DNA from: Tubiluchus corallicola
Taxonomy: Eukaryota > Animalia > Priapulida
DNA length: 12,090 nucleotides
Direction: 5' to 3'
Assembly: GCA_030141605.1 (NCBI GenBank)
Contig: JAQGDQ010002168.1
Location: 1 to 12,090 of the forward strand
Part shown: one piece after another, positions 1 to 9,743 of the stretch
Layout of the letters: every line of letters begins with the position of its first letter
Numbering within the stretch: position 1 is the stretch's first letter
The notes under the pieces: generated by a model
The model's input: only the letters and a program-made list of their open reading frames with translations
Databases searched by the model: none
What the model was told of the DNA's origin: nothing
Program-made: the position numbers and the translations under genes

Positions 1-450
1 TCATGAAATATTTTCAGCTTAACACACACAAAGATGGTACTTGATTCTTTTTAAGTCAAATTCGAGTGCTATAGATGCATTTTCAATGCTTGGAAGAGGA
101 TATTTTTGAAACCAGCATATTCTTGACACACATTTTACTATTGTATACCTTTACTACTGTGCAAGTTTAAAATTTTCACTGAATACCTTCTAAACATGAA
201 TCTTTAGTCTTTTTAGAAATATCAAATCGGTAGTACGGAATCTGTCTAATACGCCAACAAATTTTAAACAATAAAGAATAAGCAAATAACAATTTTAGAG
301 TTATTTTAACAACTTAATATGAAAATGTACAAAGGCATGAAAATCAGCATCTTTACAGTCATCCTCCAGAAGGTATCACATTCATTCAACTACTAGTTCT
401 GCCACCTAGTGATCATAAACACAACTAATAATGTACAAGTAAAAACTTAC

Positions 451-563
451 ACCGGAAGGCTGGGGATGTATGTGAACGAAACCAACTTCTCGGCCGATTG
501 TCCCAAATGGACTGGACATGACCGTTCGACTAAATGGCGGCGTTCCCGGACTTGTAGTGGTAA
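451..563 (-). CDS. PPRC1: Coding exon 7 (V-TTTSPGTPPFSRTVMSSPFGTIGREVGFVHIHPQPSG); gene continues beyond window start
   Basis: T-rich tract plus TTCAG acceptor, 113 nt, GGT|GTAAGT donor, phase 1-0. TSPGTPP resembles the PGC-1-family TPPxTPP phospho-motif. Confidence 0.8.
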
Positions 564-811
564 CTGAAGTAATAAAAAAATTTTAGTTAATGACAGCCTC
601 TCAAAATCAACTTTTTTGAAGTGCTCTGACCATGTTCATTGGTTTTAGCTAACCTAACGACAAAAATCGTTAGACACACACCATTTTACCAACATTTATT
701 TTCGAACAAAATGAATGTAAAAGCTTAATGGAGGCATAGCTGAGCAGCTGGATTTAAAAGTTTTTTACTGTTTTGTTTGCAGTCATAGTCAGCATGTCTA
801 CATAAGCACAA

Positions 812-1134
812 CAGACTCGATTTTGTCAATCTATGTGTGTGAAACATTGAGGAATCAGTATTTTTATAACCTGAGACTCGATTTTGTCAATCTATGTGTG
901 TGAAACATTGAGGAATCAGTATTTTTGTAACCTCAGACTAGATTTTGTCAATCTATGTGTGTGAAACATTGAGGAATCAGTATTTTTGTAACCTCAGACT
1001 AGATTTTGTCAATCTATGTGTGTGAAACATTGAGGAATCAGTATTTTTGGAACCTCAGACTCGATTTTGTCAATCTATGTGTGTGAAACATTGAGGAATC
1101 AGTATTTTTATAACCTCAGACACGATTTTTTGTC
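812..1134. repeat. 61-bp minisatellite, about 5.3 copies
   Basis: Unit CAGACTCGATTTTGTCAATCTATGTGTGTGAAACATTGAGGAATCAGTATTTTTRTAACCT starts at 812, 873, 934, 995, 1056 and 1117 (partial). Copies are near-identical. Confidence 0.97.
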
Positions 1135-1187
1135 GCGCGTACTTCGTTCAGTTACGTATTACTATGCATAATAATTTCGACATTAAT

Positions 1188-1347
1188 TCGTTTCTAAAAT
1201 TCATTTGAAGCCTTGTAGTAGATATTAAGCCGAAATGTGAAGACTCATACTTCTACAGTCGTAATATGACCCGTCGGCTAATTGAATCACTTGATTCAAA
1301 ACACATTCATCCCAAAGTCCCAAAGTGAGTCTATTAAGCGATGCCTA
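1188..1347. mobile_element. Right-end fragment (copy C) of the same MITE family
   Basis: GTTTCTAAAATTCATT ... TCAAAACACAT ... TCCCAAAGTGAGTCTATTAAGC matches 3460-3572. Contains an 8-bp tandem duplication TCCCAAAG, and the terminal CTG is missing. Confidence 0.75.
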
Positions 1348-1504
1348 AAATTGTAGTAAAAATTGCGCGCCCGAACGACAATAAAATTTAATATCAGTTT
1401 TGTCGGCAACACAAACTAGGAGTACAAGTGGCACGTTAACCAGGTCACCAATAATAATTTGCATCTTAACACGAAAGGATCATAGCTAAAATAATACAAC
1501 TTAC

Positions 1505-1587
1505 CTACAAGTGTTTCTTGCTTAGGAATCAAGGTTTGTTTGCACGGCTTTGATGTAACATTATTATTATCACCAGTATTTGTAGTG
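1505..1587 (-). CDS. PPRC1: Coding exon 6 (L-TTNTGDNNNVTSKPCKQTLIPKQETLV-V)
   Basis: TTTTCAG acceptor, 83 nt, TAG|GTAAGT donor. Phase 2-1 exactly bridges exons 5 and 7. Confidence 0.8.
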
Positions 1588-1874
1588 CTGAAAATTGTAG
1601 CAAAAAATTAATTATGCAAAATAAATGTAGGAAGGTGTATTCCCAACAAAATAAATAAATTACAAAATAATAGGGCTGTAACAACGTCATCAAGGTATGA
1701 TACTGTTGTGTTTTGTTTCTCTCGGAAGGCTCGTAGAGAAAACCAGAAAACACCTCGTCAAATTAAAGTAGTTTATTTAGCGAGAATTCTACAACACAAA
1801 AGTATGAAGGAACGTTGAAATGATTACAGTAAACGTGAAAATCTGGAAAACGTTTAAGTATATCTGCTCTGTGT

Positions 1875-1995
1875 GCTCTCCTGACGGCAGCCTGCTTTTC
1901 CTTATATAGCGCGCTGACGAAACTTCCCGAACTAATGTTCCGGAACAATCCAGACGGTAAGGCGGTCATTCCAACGGAACATTCTACGATGTTCT
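1875..1995 (-). promoter_or_regulatory. Intronic heat-shock-type promoter: three HSE arrays plus TATA box
   Basis: Perfect HSE cGAAa-cTTCc-cGAAc (1918-1932), gTTCc-gGAAc-aATCc-aGACg (1937-1956) and gGAAc-aTTCt-aCGAt-gTTCt (1976-1995). Minus-strand TATATAAG at 1908-1901 lies about 10 bp from the proximal HSE. Confidence 0.65.
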
Positions 1996-2406
1996 ATGTA
2001 ATCCTAATTGATGCCAGTGATCTCCACAACAGATACTAATATCACTACACGATACGTATCACGATACACGTGAGTTAATGGTTTTGGTTTGTGGTTTTAT
2101 ATAAAAAAAACAAACAAAGCTGTTCATAATAAATGCTAAAATAACTTGTTTCATATTTATATATTACATGTGTAATGTAGAGGCTATTGTTTACATTGTA
2201 AGCCACAAGAAAAGCAAAGCATATAAATACTTTAGGTTTAAAAGTTGCTTGTGCATTTTCTGAGTCACCTTTGCCATTTCACAAGTTTATATGTAAACAA
2301 TGTAATTAATCTACTACAGATTAAACAAATTAAAAATAAATGAATAAATAAATTTTACATACACCACATTCTTAGTGATGAAAGAATTAGCAATTTAACC
2401 TCTGGA

Positions 2407-2502
2407 TAGGGTTACCATACGTCCGGGTTTCCCCGGACACGTCCTTTTTTTGAGCCTCTGTCTGGGCGAGTTTTCACAAAATCCGCAGTTTGTCCGGGTT
2501 TT
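2407..2502. mobile_element. Solo terminus of a hAT (Blackjack-like) DNA transposon
   Basis: TAGGGTTACCATACGTCCGGGTTTCCCCGGACA followed by repeated TGTCCGGG-like subterminal motifs. The matching opposite end is not seen and the internal boundary is uncertain. Confidence 0.6.
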
Positions 2503-3043
2503 GCCTCAATCCGTAAGTATGTACGGACGTTGTCAACTGCAGAGGCATTGCTGTCGATACTCGGCGTATTCGCTAACGACTTAAAATGACATCAGCTTTT
2601 GTTTGTTTTTATGTGAATTTCTTTAAATTTGTATAGCTTCGCTGTTTTGCTGTTTTCATTTATGCAAAGCCAGTGGACGAAGGAAAGAAGCAAGTTGCAT
2701 GTTGAATCCATGAAAGGAGTTCAGCATATTTTCAGACGTCTGTCATTACAGAGACTTTTATGCATATCTGTGAAGTCGACCGAAATTGCTTGCTGAAAGC
2801 AATTTGGTCTTCGGAAAAGTATTCTTGGTCTCAGCCTCGAGCTCAGCAAGTCCCTAAAGTTGCTTGTTGTAGACCTGAAGGTTATTCCTTTTTACTTCTC
2901 TAGAAACACGAACTACCCCCAAACTGTGGCGCTGCACAACTTGACCAGGGATCTAAACATAAGCCGTCCAAGTAGCTGCGTCTCCAGAAAAACAAGTACA
3001 TATCTTATTCAAGAAAAGTAAAAAAACATGGATAAGGTTAATA

Positions 3044-3575
3044 CAGTAATCACCGCTTAGTAGACTCACGGTTAATGGACTCAATCGCTTAACTGACTCA
3101 AAAACGCCTGGAACGGACCGCTTCTATTCAAATATACATAAAAACTATCGGTAATTGACTCAAACAACCCTGTATAATTGACTCAATATTTTTCATTTAC
3201 CTACTTAAAATAAGATATTTGTATATGGCCAAGAGAACCTTTCCTACTTTCACGTCATCTTAACTTCCGTTTTGTGCACTACGTATACAGAAACAATCAT
3301 GTTAAGTACCGTTTTGTTTGTAAACAGGAACGTTTATCATGCACTAATATGCTAGCGCTAAGTGGTTTTGTGTGATTTCGAAAAGTATACTCTTTAATTT
3401 ATTGCTTCGAAATATTTTTTCTGATTTTTAACTTCACAAAAGAATTTAGGCATTACTTTGTTTCTAAAATTCATTAAAAAGCTGTGATATGACACCCATC
3501 AGTTAATAGGTTCAGTCGGTTAATTGGGTCAAAACACATCGGTCCCAAAGTGAGTCTATTAAGCAGCGCCTACTG
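3044..3575. mobile_element. MITE copy A (Tc1/mariner-pogo-like ends)
   Basis: Imperfect TIRs TA|CAGTAATCACCGCTTAGTAGACTCAC ... GTGAGTCTATTAAGCAGCGCCTACTG|CA, subterminal TAATNGACTCA motifs, collinear with 7956-8963. Confidence 0.8.
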
Positions 3576-3610
3576 CACAATGAATAAAAAAGCTAATTAA
3601 TATTACTTAC

Positions 3611-3755
3611 AGGTTACCAATTGAAGCGTGTCCGTCTTTTGGAGGTTCACAGACGTCTAGAATTGTCTCTGTTTTTGCCGATGACTTTGTCACGACATTG
3701 GTAATGTCCGTCTCGGCAGCAATAGCAGAAACAGCTTCCAAACCAATATCGTTGC
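3611..3755 (-). CDS. PPRC1: Coding exon 5 (G-NDIGLEAVSAIAAETDITNVVTKSSAKTETILDVCEPPKDGHASIGN-L)
   Basis: CTTCTCATACAG acceptor, 145 nt, lies within ORF 3607..3795, CT|GTAAGT donor, phase 1-2. Confidence 0.85.
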
Positions 3756-3880
3756 CTGTATGAGAAGTACGGTGTGATATGAAATGATAAATCAATATTA
3801 ACCAGACTTACTAGAGACCTTAAAAAGATAATATGTCATAGCCCCATATTATAGCCACTACTGTATATACATACAACCAC

Positions 3881-4371
3881 AAGCTGAGTCAGTTGCTACT
3901 ATATTAGTTGACTCACACAGTAAATCAGCTAGCTTGACTAAAGTTGAGTCAGTTGCTACTATATCAGCTGACTCACACAGTAAATCAGCTAGCTTGACTA
4001 AAGTTGAGGCATTTGCTACTACATCAGCTGACTCGCACAGTAAATCAGTTAGCTCGGCTGAAGCTGAGTCAGTTACTACTACATCAGTTGACTCACACAG
4101 TAAATCAGCTAGCTCGGCTGAAGCTGAGTCAGTTACTAATACATCAGCTGACTCACACAGTAAATCAGCTAGCTCGGCTGAAACTCAGTCAGTTGTTACT
4201 ACATCAGCTGACTCACACAGTAAATCAGCTAGCTTAACTAAAGTTGAGTCAGTTGCTACTACATCAGCCAACTCACACAATAAATCAGCTAGCTTGACTA
4301 AAGTTGAGTCAGTTGCTACTACATCAGCTGACTCACACAGTAAATCAGCTAGCTCGGCTGAGGTTGACTGA
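3881..4371. repeat. 60-bp minisatellite, about 8 copies, with internal inverted TGAGTCA/TGACTCA motifs
   Basis: Exact 60-nt period without indels, unit AAGYTGAGTCAGTTRCTACTACATCAGCTGACTCACACAGTAAATCAGCTAGCTYGRCTR. Confidence 0.97.
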
Positions 4372-5019
4372 CTTTATTTCTGAGTTGGCTTAAAAAATTG
4401 GCTAAGTCAGCTAAAGGTACGAATTTTTGTTAACTAAATAAATGATAAATTCTTAGTTAACTGTTAATTAAGGAGCCAAATTTGCTAAATAATTTGTATT
4501 GCTTAAACACAGAAAAAAGCTGATGTACATATTCAAATAACGCATTAGAGGTTTTATATTATTATAAAAAAGCAGTGGATTTATTGCAAATATAATTCCA
4601 ATCCAATTTTTGGTGAGGCTTATCTTGATTACCGAAACCAATACCAAAATACCAAAATGATCCCACACGTGTGACTAACATTGCTTATTTTGTGTATTTA
4701 ATTTTGAATTCACCAATTTTCTCGTTTAAAAATTTCTAAAATTTAGTATCTTTGCCAGCATATGCACACGCTTAATCTGACCGCGAATCCGCAATGCATT
4801 TGCCATATTTCAACCAGTGATTTGCAGCGTCACATGATTATCGCAAGAGCGAAAATCTTTGTAGCCGGCAGAAATGTTGGCTAGCTCGACTCGTATCACT
4901 GACCCGCTGGCGTGACTAAAGCTGCATTTCTCATCTTCTAGGTTGACTGTAGAAATAAATCAGTTAGAGTTGAGTTGAAACGGCGAGGCTTCAGGCTTTA
5001 CATATACATGCTCCTCTGC

Positions 5020-6055
5020 TAAGGGATGTTGCGACAATCCGCCAGAACCGGAGTTTCGAAACATAATCCGAATCAATTTGATTTGATTTGATTTGCTGAA
5101 GTTCTAGATTACTTTAGAAGCCACCCGATTCAGGAAAGTTTTTGAAAAAAATTGATTTAGCTTTGACTGCAGAAGCGATTTGGTACTGCTTTATTAAGAA
5201 AACATCGTACATTGTTTGATTTTTAAACTTTTTCGCAAATTTACTTAATTCGCTGCCTTTTTTGGTAATTTTGTCCTACTTGAAATGTGCACATGTTGCC
5301 ATATTCAGTTTCAGTGAGTGTCCAACTCTTGAAATTTTACGTGAAAGCGTATACCACATTACGAAATAACTTCTAGTTTCAAAAAAATTGCTAAGACGTC
5401 TCGTATTACTTCAGCACAGCGTTGCACACACCGTATACAAATATGGTTTTTTCTAGCTCGGATTCTTTACATCGAGTGCAGATAATGGCAAACGATATAT
5501 ATACCTGGCGCTTAATATTGCTGTTTAAAAATGCAGATGCTGAAAAAACTCCACTTTAACCTTTAAACAATAAAATAGTTACTTATAGTATTTACGTAGA
5601 TGCGTAGAAATAACATAAATGACAATGAGTTGCATGATAACAATGTGTTTCTTACGCCGCCCTTCGCATTAATTCATGGAAAATTAAATTTTATTCCCAC
5701 TTCATAAAAATATAGTCTGAAGTAGCGCTACAGCTTTGCAAATTTTAACCGGTTTTCGAACAGATTTGACCTGGAAAAATCAGCAGTTTTAAAAATATTT
5801 TAAAATACGCATTGAAAATCATTGCTGAGTCATACAGTATGAGTCATGCTTTTGTCTAAATAAGCAGCCTGTGAGTTGAACTGGCTTAGCAAGCTTTAAA
5901 TAAAAATCTTGTACTTTTTATAACTGAATGTTCTTTTTACTATCTTTTTTATAATTCATTCTTCTTGCTAAATAGAGTTTTGGATTTAATCCGGATTTGA
6001 AAATTATTGTGCAATAAGATTTGGATTTGGTAATTTCACATTTGTGACTTCACTG
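5020..6055. mobile_element. Possible degenerate non-autonomous hAT-like element
   Basis: Ends TAAGGGATGTTGC and GTGACTTCACTG (weak TIR), GATTT(G) repeats near both ends, flanking 8-mers TCCTCTGC (5012-5019) and CCCTCCGC (6056-6063) match at 6/8. Confidence 0.35.
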
Positions 6056-6108
6056 CCCTCCGCCATCTTGAATGGAATTACCTGAATACGTGATATAACT
6101 ATACTTAC

Positions 6109-6617
6109 TTAATAGGAAGATTTCTTTGGAAACAAAAGTTAGAATATTCTCAGCCTTAGTTGAAACTGTATTTCTTACAACTCTGAGCTCTGGACATTAA
6201 AAGCAAATCATAAAGCTGAAATCGATGCGTTTCAAAGGCGAAATTACAGAAACATTTTGGGTATTAGATGGCCAAAGAAAATTTCAAACAAAGATCTACA
6301 TGAAAAAATAAAAGAAGAACCTTGGACAAGAAAAACAAGAAGATGCCGTTTAAGATGGATTGGGCATACGCTTAGACTACCTGATGATGTTCCAGTGAAG
6401 ATAGCTCTTCAACAATCCATAGAAACAGCTAAAAAACCTGCAGGAGGACAAATGTTAACATATTTAGATTTTGTACAGAAAGATTTAAACACTTCAGCAT
6501 TGATCCTTAGAAATAAATGCACTTGGGGCATTGCGGCGAGCAGGGAGTCCTGGCATAGGGAGGTGAGCAGAATCATGTCACTGGACGTGTGATTCATTGG
6601 ATGATGATGATGATGAT
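6109..6617 (+). mobile_element. 5'-truncated RTE-clade non-LTR retrotransposon 3' end (pseudogenic ORF, (GAT)n tail, TSD)
   Basis: Translates as NRKISLETKVRIFSALVETVFL/YNSELWTL...IDAFQRRNYRNILGIRW...RRCRLRWIGHTLR, the typical post-RT C-terminus of RTE-like LINEs, with one frameshift near 6175. Stop at 6590-6592, GAT-repeat tail 6600-6617, flanking direct repeat (T)ATACTTAC at 6100-6108 and 6617-6625. Confidence 0.9.
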
Positions 6618-6625
6618 ATACTTAC

Positions 6626-6691
6626 CTAGTTGTTTATGTTCAGCAAGTTCAAACTGATCAATCAGACTGGATATATCTGTTGCTTCTATCC
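6626..6691 (-). CDS. PPRC1: Coding exon 4 with conserved motif (G-IEATDISSLIDQFELAEHKQL-G)
   Basis: TTTTTACAG acceptor, 66 nt, TAG|GTAAGT donor, phase 1-1. The peptide resembles the vertebrate PPRC1 motif GIEASDLSSLLEQFE (recalled, not searched). Confidence 0.85.
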
Positions 6692-6752
6692 CTGTAAAAA
6701 CATTGAACATGAAAGTTTATCCTGAATTGTATCAATATAAGTAAATGGCTTC

Positions 6753-7188
6753 CAGGGCCGGAACTAGATGTGGCAAGCAGGGGGACGCAAAAATTTTCTG
6801 GGGGGGGGGGGGCGAGGTATCCGAAGTGGTTAAATAATGGTTAAGCCAATTTTAACCCCTTTTATACTGCATGCAGGCCTATAATTAGCATGTGTGTAGG
6901 ACGGCGTAGCGGACAGAGCAATAATGAGAAAATTAACTCTCAGTTAACCTAACGTTATTAATGTGCCTCTAACTAAATTGTTATTTACAGAAATTTATCA
7001 CACACAAGTTTTAAGAAAATAATACACTGAAGCTACCAAACATTTTTTTACCTAATTCTAATTCATATTGAAAATGATTACATGCGAGCTGCAATTTTCA
7101 CTGCAAAAAAAATTATTTGTCCGATTTTGCAGGGGGGGGCGCAAATTTTGACAAGGGGGCGTGCACCCCCCCCCTCGCTCCGCCCCTG
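6753..7188. mobile_element. Non-autonomous DNA element with GC-rich ends (hAT-like)
   Basis: CAGGGCCGGA ... TCCGCCCCTG inverted ends, G/C homopolymer subtermini sharing GGGG.CGCAAA..TTTT. No TSD found. Confidence 0.55.
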
Positions 7189-7955
7189 GTGAGGCAGAAC
7201 TACAAACAATGATACACTCATTACATGAATGTCCTCTTATGTGAATGGCTAGATAAGAATTTATAGATAAATTAAGAAATAGAGAACTGCAGAGCATTTA
7301 TGTAGAAAGAGAAGCAAATTTACTATCTTTTATAAATACAGTTCGAGATTCTTTTATAATGGAAACCATACTAAAGAAGCGTAATTATCAAAACTTTGAT
7401 TTTGTAGCTAATGTTTTAGTAAGTTGGTATGTAAAATAAAGCAGTAACAATCTTAGCGTCTAAATAATAATGTCTTATGCTTATTTTAGGAAGTTTTGTA
7501 TAAATTCACAGTCTGTAAAATAGTTTTGTAAAGTTGTATAACAGATACATAGGCCCAATGTTATTTACATTATTTATTATATTTTGCATGTTGACTGTAC
7601 ATTTATATTAGTACTTGTAAGTAGAGGTAAATAAAAGACGTATAATAATGAAAAAATATCATTGAATAATCAAACAAGGTCAATCGCAGTCCCATCAAAT
7701 GATTTCAATGTGCCACGCAGTATTGTCATTTATACGAATTTAAAACCAAATTGGGTCGCGCATGTGCAGTCCATTCAACAACACGATTCATGGTCATTCA
7801 TCTAGTTAAGTTTCGCACATTTTGCAATACCATTAAAAAAATTCGTTACAAAAATACTGAGCAGTTGTTGCAAACATACGAAATAATTCAAATTTGTAGA
7901 TGTTTCAGCTACAGTTAGGTGCAAATGTCAGTGTTCCCACTCATCAAAATAAGTA

Positions 7956-8963
7956 CAATAAACCCCGTTTATTAGACTCGCCGTTAATAGAATTTGTCGC
8001 CTAATCGACTCACTAGTAGAATCTGTCGCCTAATGGATTCACTAGTAGAATCTGTCGCCTAATGGACTCACTAGTAGAATCTGTCGCCTAATCGACTCAC
8101 TAGTAGAATCTGTCGCCTAATGGACTCACTAGTAGAATCTGTCGCTTAATCGACTCACTAGTAGAATCTGTCGCCTAATCGACTCACTAGTAGAATCTGT
8201 CGCCTAATGGACTCACTAGTAGAATGTGTCGCCTAATCGACTCACTAGTAGAATCTGTCGCCTAATCGACTCACTAGTAGAATCTGTCGCCTAATGGACT
8301 CACTAGTAGAATCTGTCGCCTAATCGACTCACTAGTAGAATCTGTCGCCTAATCGACTCACTAGTAGAATCTGTCGCCTAATCGACTCACTAGTAGAATC
8401 TGTCGCCTAATCGACTCACTAGTAGAATCTGTCGCCTAATTGACTCAAAAACGTCTAGTACGGGCCGATCGAATTCAAATGTACATAAAAACTGTCGGCA
8501 ATTGATTCAAATAACTCCGCGTTATTGACTCGATATTTTTATTTCAGGAACTAAAAATAAGGTTTGCCCAAACAGCTTTTACATCATTTGTGTCACCCTT
8601 ACAACGCTTTTGTGCACTATACTGTACGTAGAAACGGTCATATTAAGTACAGCCTTGTTTGTAAGCATGTTCGTTTATCATGCGCTAATATACTAGCGTA
8701 GCGGTTATGCTTTGAATCTGTCACCCGCTCGTCCGCTGCCGTTAACCTCATTTCTGGAGACTAACTGCTCAGCGAGTTAATTTTGAAAAATAAATGACAA
8801 GCATTTAAAGGTCTAGCATCCTCTGCAGTGCATACTAAGCTGATGGGTGATTACTCGTACTTCTATACTAGTAACACTGCACCAGTCATTTAATAGATTC
8901 AGCTGGTTAATACGGAAAAAACCTCTCACATCTCAAAGCGAATCTATCAAGCGGCGTCTACTG
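7956..8963. mobile_element. MITE copy B of the same family with internal 29-bp array
   Basis: TA|CAATAAACCCCGTTTATTAGACTC ... GAATCTATCAAGCGGCGTCTACTG. 8440-8700 aligns by eye to 3094-3360 (e.g. TTCAAAT.TACATAAAAACT.TCGG.AATTGA, TTTTGTGCACTA, CGTTTATCATGC.CTAATAT.CTAGCG). Confidence 0.8.
7984..8447. repeat. 29-bp minisatellite, 16 copies, inside MITE copy B
   Basis: Unit CTAGTAGAATCTGTCGCCTAATSGACTCA starts every 29 nt from 8013 to 8419, plus a degenerate first copy at 7984. No spacers. Confidence 0.97.
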
Positions 8964-9085
8964 AATGTACAGTTTTTAAATTATTCAAAATGGCTATTTG
9001 ACAAAAGGCACTGGACAAGGACTTTGTCTTCACACTGTACCACTCTGCAAACCACTAAGGCAGGTTACATTATTAGTTAGAAGTA

Positions 9086-9382
9086 CAAACTCAATAGAAT
9101 ACAATACAATACAATACAATACAACTTCAATGCAATGCAAACTCAATACGATACGATACGATACGATACGATACGATACGATACAATACAATACAATACA
9201 ATACAATACAAAGTCAATGCAATGCAAACTCAATACAATACAATGCAATACAAATTCATTGCAATGCAAACTCAATACAATACAAAACAATACAATACAA
9301 TACAAAACAATACAATACAATGCAATACAATACAATACAAATTCAATCCAATGCAAACTCAATACAAAACAATACAAATTCA
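9086..9382. repeat. Compound (AATAC)n/(GATAC)n microsatellite with higher-order punctuation
   Basis: Pentamer runs interrupted repeatedly by AAWKTC-AATGC-AATGC-AAACTC-like blocks. Confidence 0.95.
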
Positions 9383-9562
9383 TTATCATTGTAATTATGA
9401 CAGATAATAATAATGACAAACATGATCACAATAACGATGAAGCTACAAACAACCACATTCTCTCTCCCCCGGCATGCCCTCGATTAAACTTTTGCAGTTA
9501 AAATGCTGAGCAATTGCAGCGAAAAGTCACAGCAAAGCAACAAAATCATTTTCGCAACTTAC

Positions 9563-9743
9563 CTGTAATGTCAAACGAGGTGCTTGGGTAACGGAACCGA
9601 TTGTGTTCCACTACAGGTAAGCTCTCGCTCTCATCGACAATGATGTCCTCGGCTTGAAAGCCGGTGTCTGTGTACTGCTTCCACGTGTCCCACAATGCAT
9701 TGGCTGCTGACTCGCCACCGCTGTCGTTCAATTCTTCCTCGGT
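9563..9743 (-). CDS. PPRC1: Coding exon 3, acidic (TEEELNDSGGESAANALWDTWKQYTDTGFQAEDIIVDESESLPVVEHNRFRYPSTSFDIT-G)
   Basis: CAG acceptor at 9744-9746, 181 nt, GC-richer than its flanks, overlaps ORF 9546..9731, CAG|GTAAGT donor, phase 0-1. Confidence 0.85.

Noticed and set aside
1899-1910. CArG box (CCTTATATAG)
   Set aside because: One mismatch to CC(A/T)6GG and better explained as the minus-strand TATA box next to the HSEs.
1529-1969. ORFs 1763..1969 and 1529..1753 as exons or genes
   Set aside because: Exons 5 and 6 already join in phase. 1529..1753 is in a different frame from exon 6, and 1763..1969 overlaps the HSE/TATA cluster with no recognisable homology.
2015-2072. CAGTGATCTCC... 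with CACGATAC repeats, resembling a hAT-MITE end
   Set aside because: No partner terminus or TSD found, too short to call.
3934-4371. 145-aa Ser/Thr/Ala-rich repeat protein (and ORF 4004..4237)
   Set aside because: By-product of a 60-bp period. No ATG start (TTG), antisense within an intron, many unit differences are non-synonymous, and there are no clear splice signals.
6257-6597. ORF 6257..6592 as an intact gene and antisense ORF 6409..6597
   Set aside because: Fragment of a truncated, frameshifted RTE ORF lacking the RT and endonuclease domains. The antisense ORF is incidental.
7984-8447. CRISPR-like array (29-bp repeats)
   Set aside because: Units are head-to-tail with no unique spacers, the context is a eukaryotic intron, and there are no cas genes.
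8847-9501. ORFs 8847..9080, 8998..9501, 9030..9419, 9135..9407
   Set aside because: Translations of the pentamer microsatellite and MITE end, low complexity on both strands.
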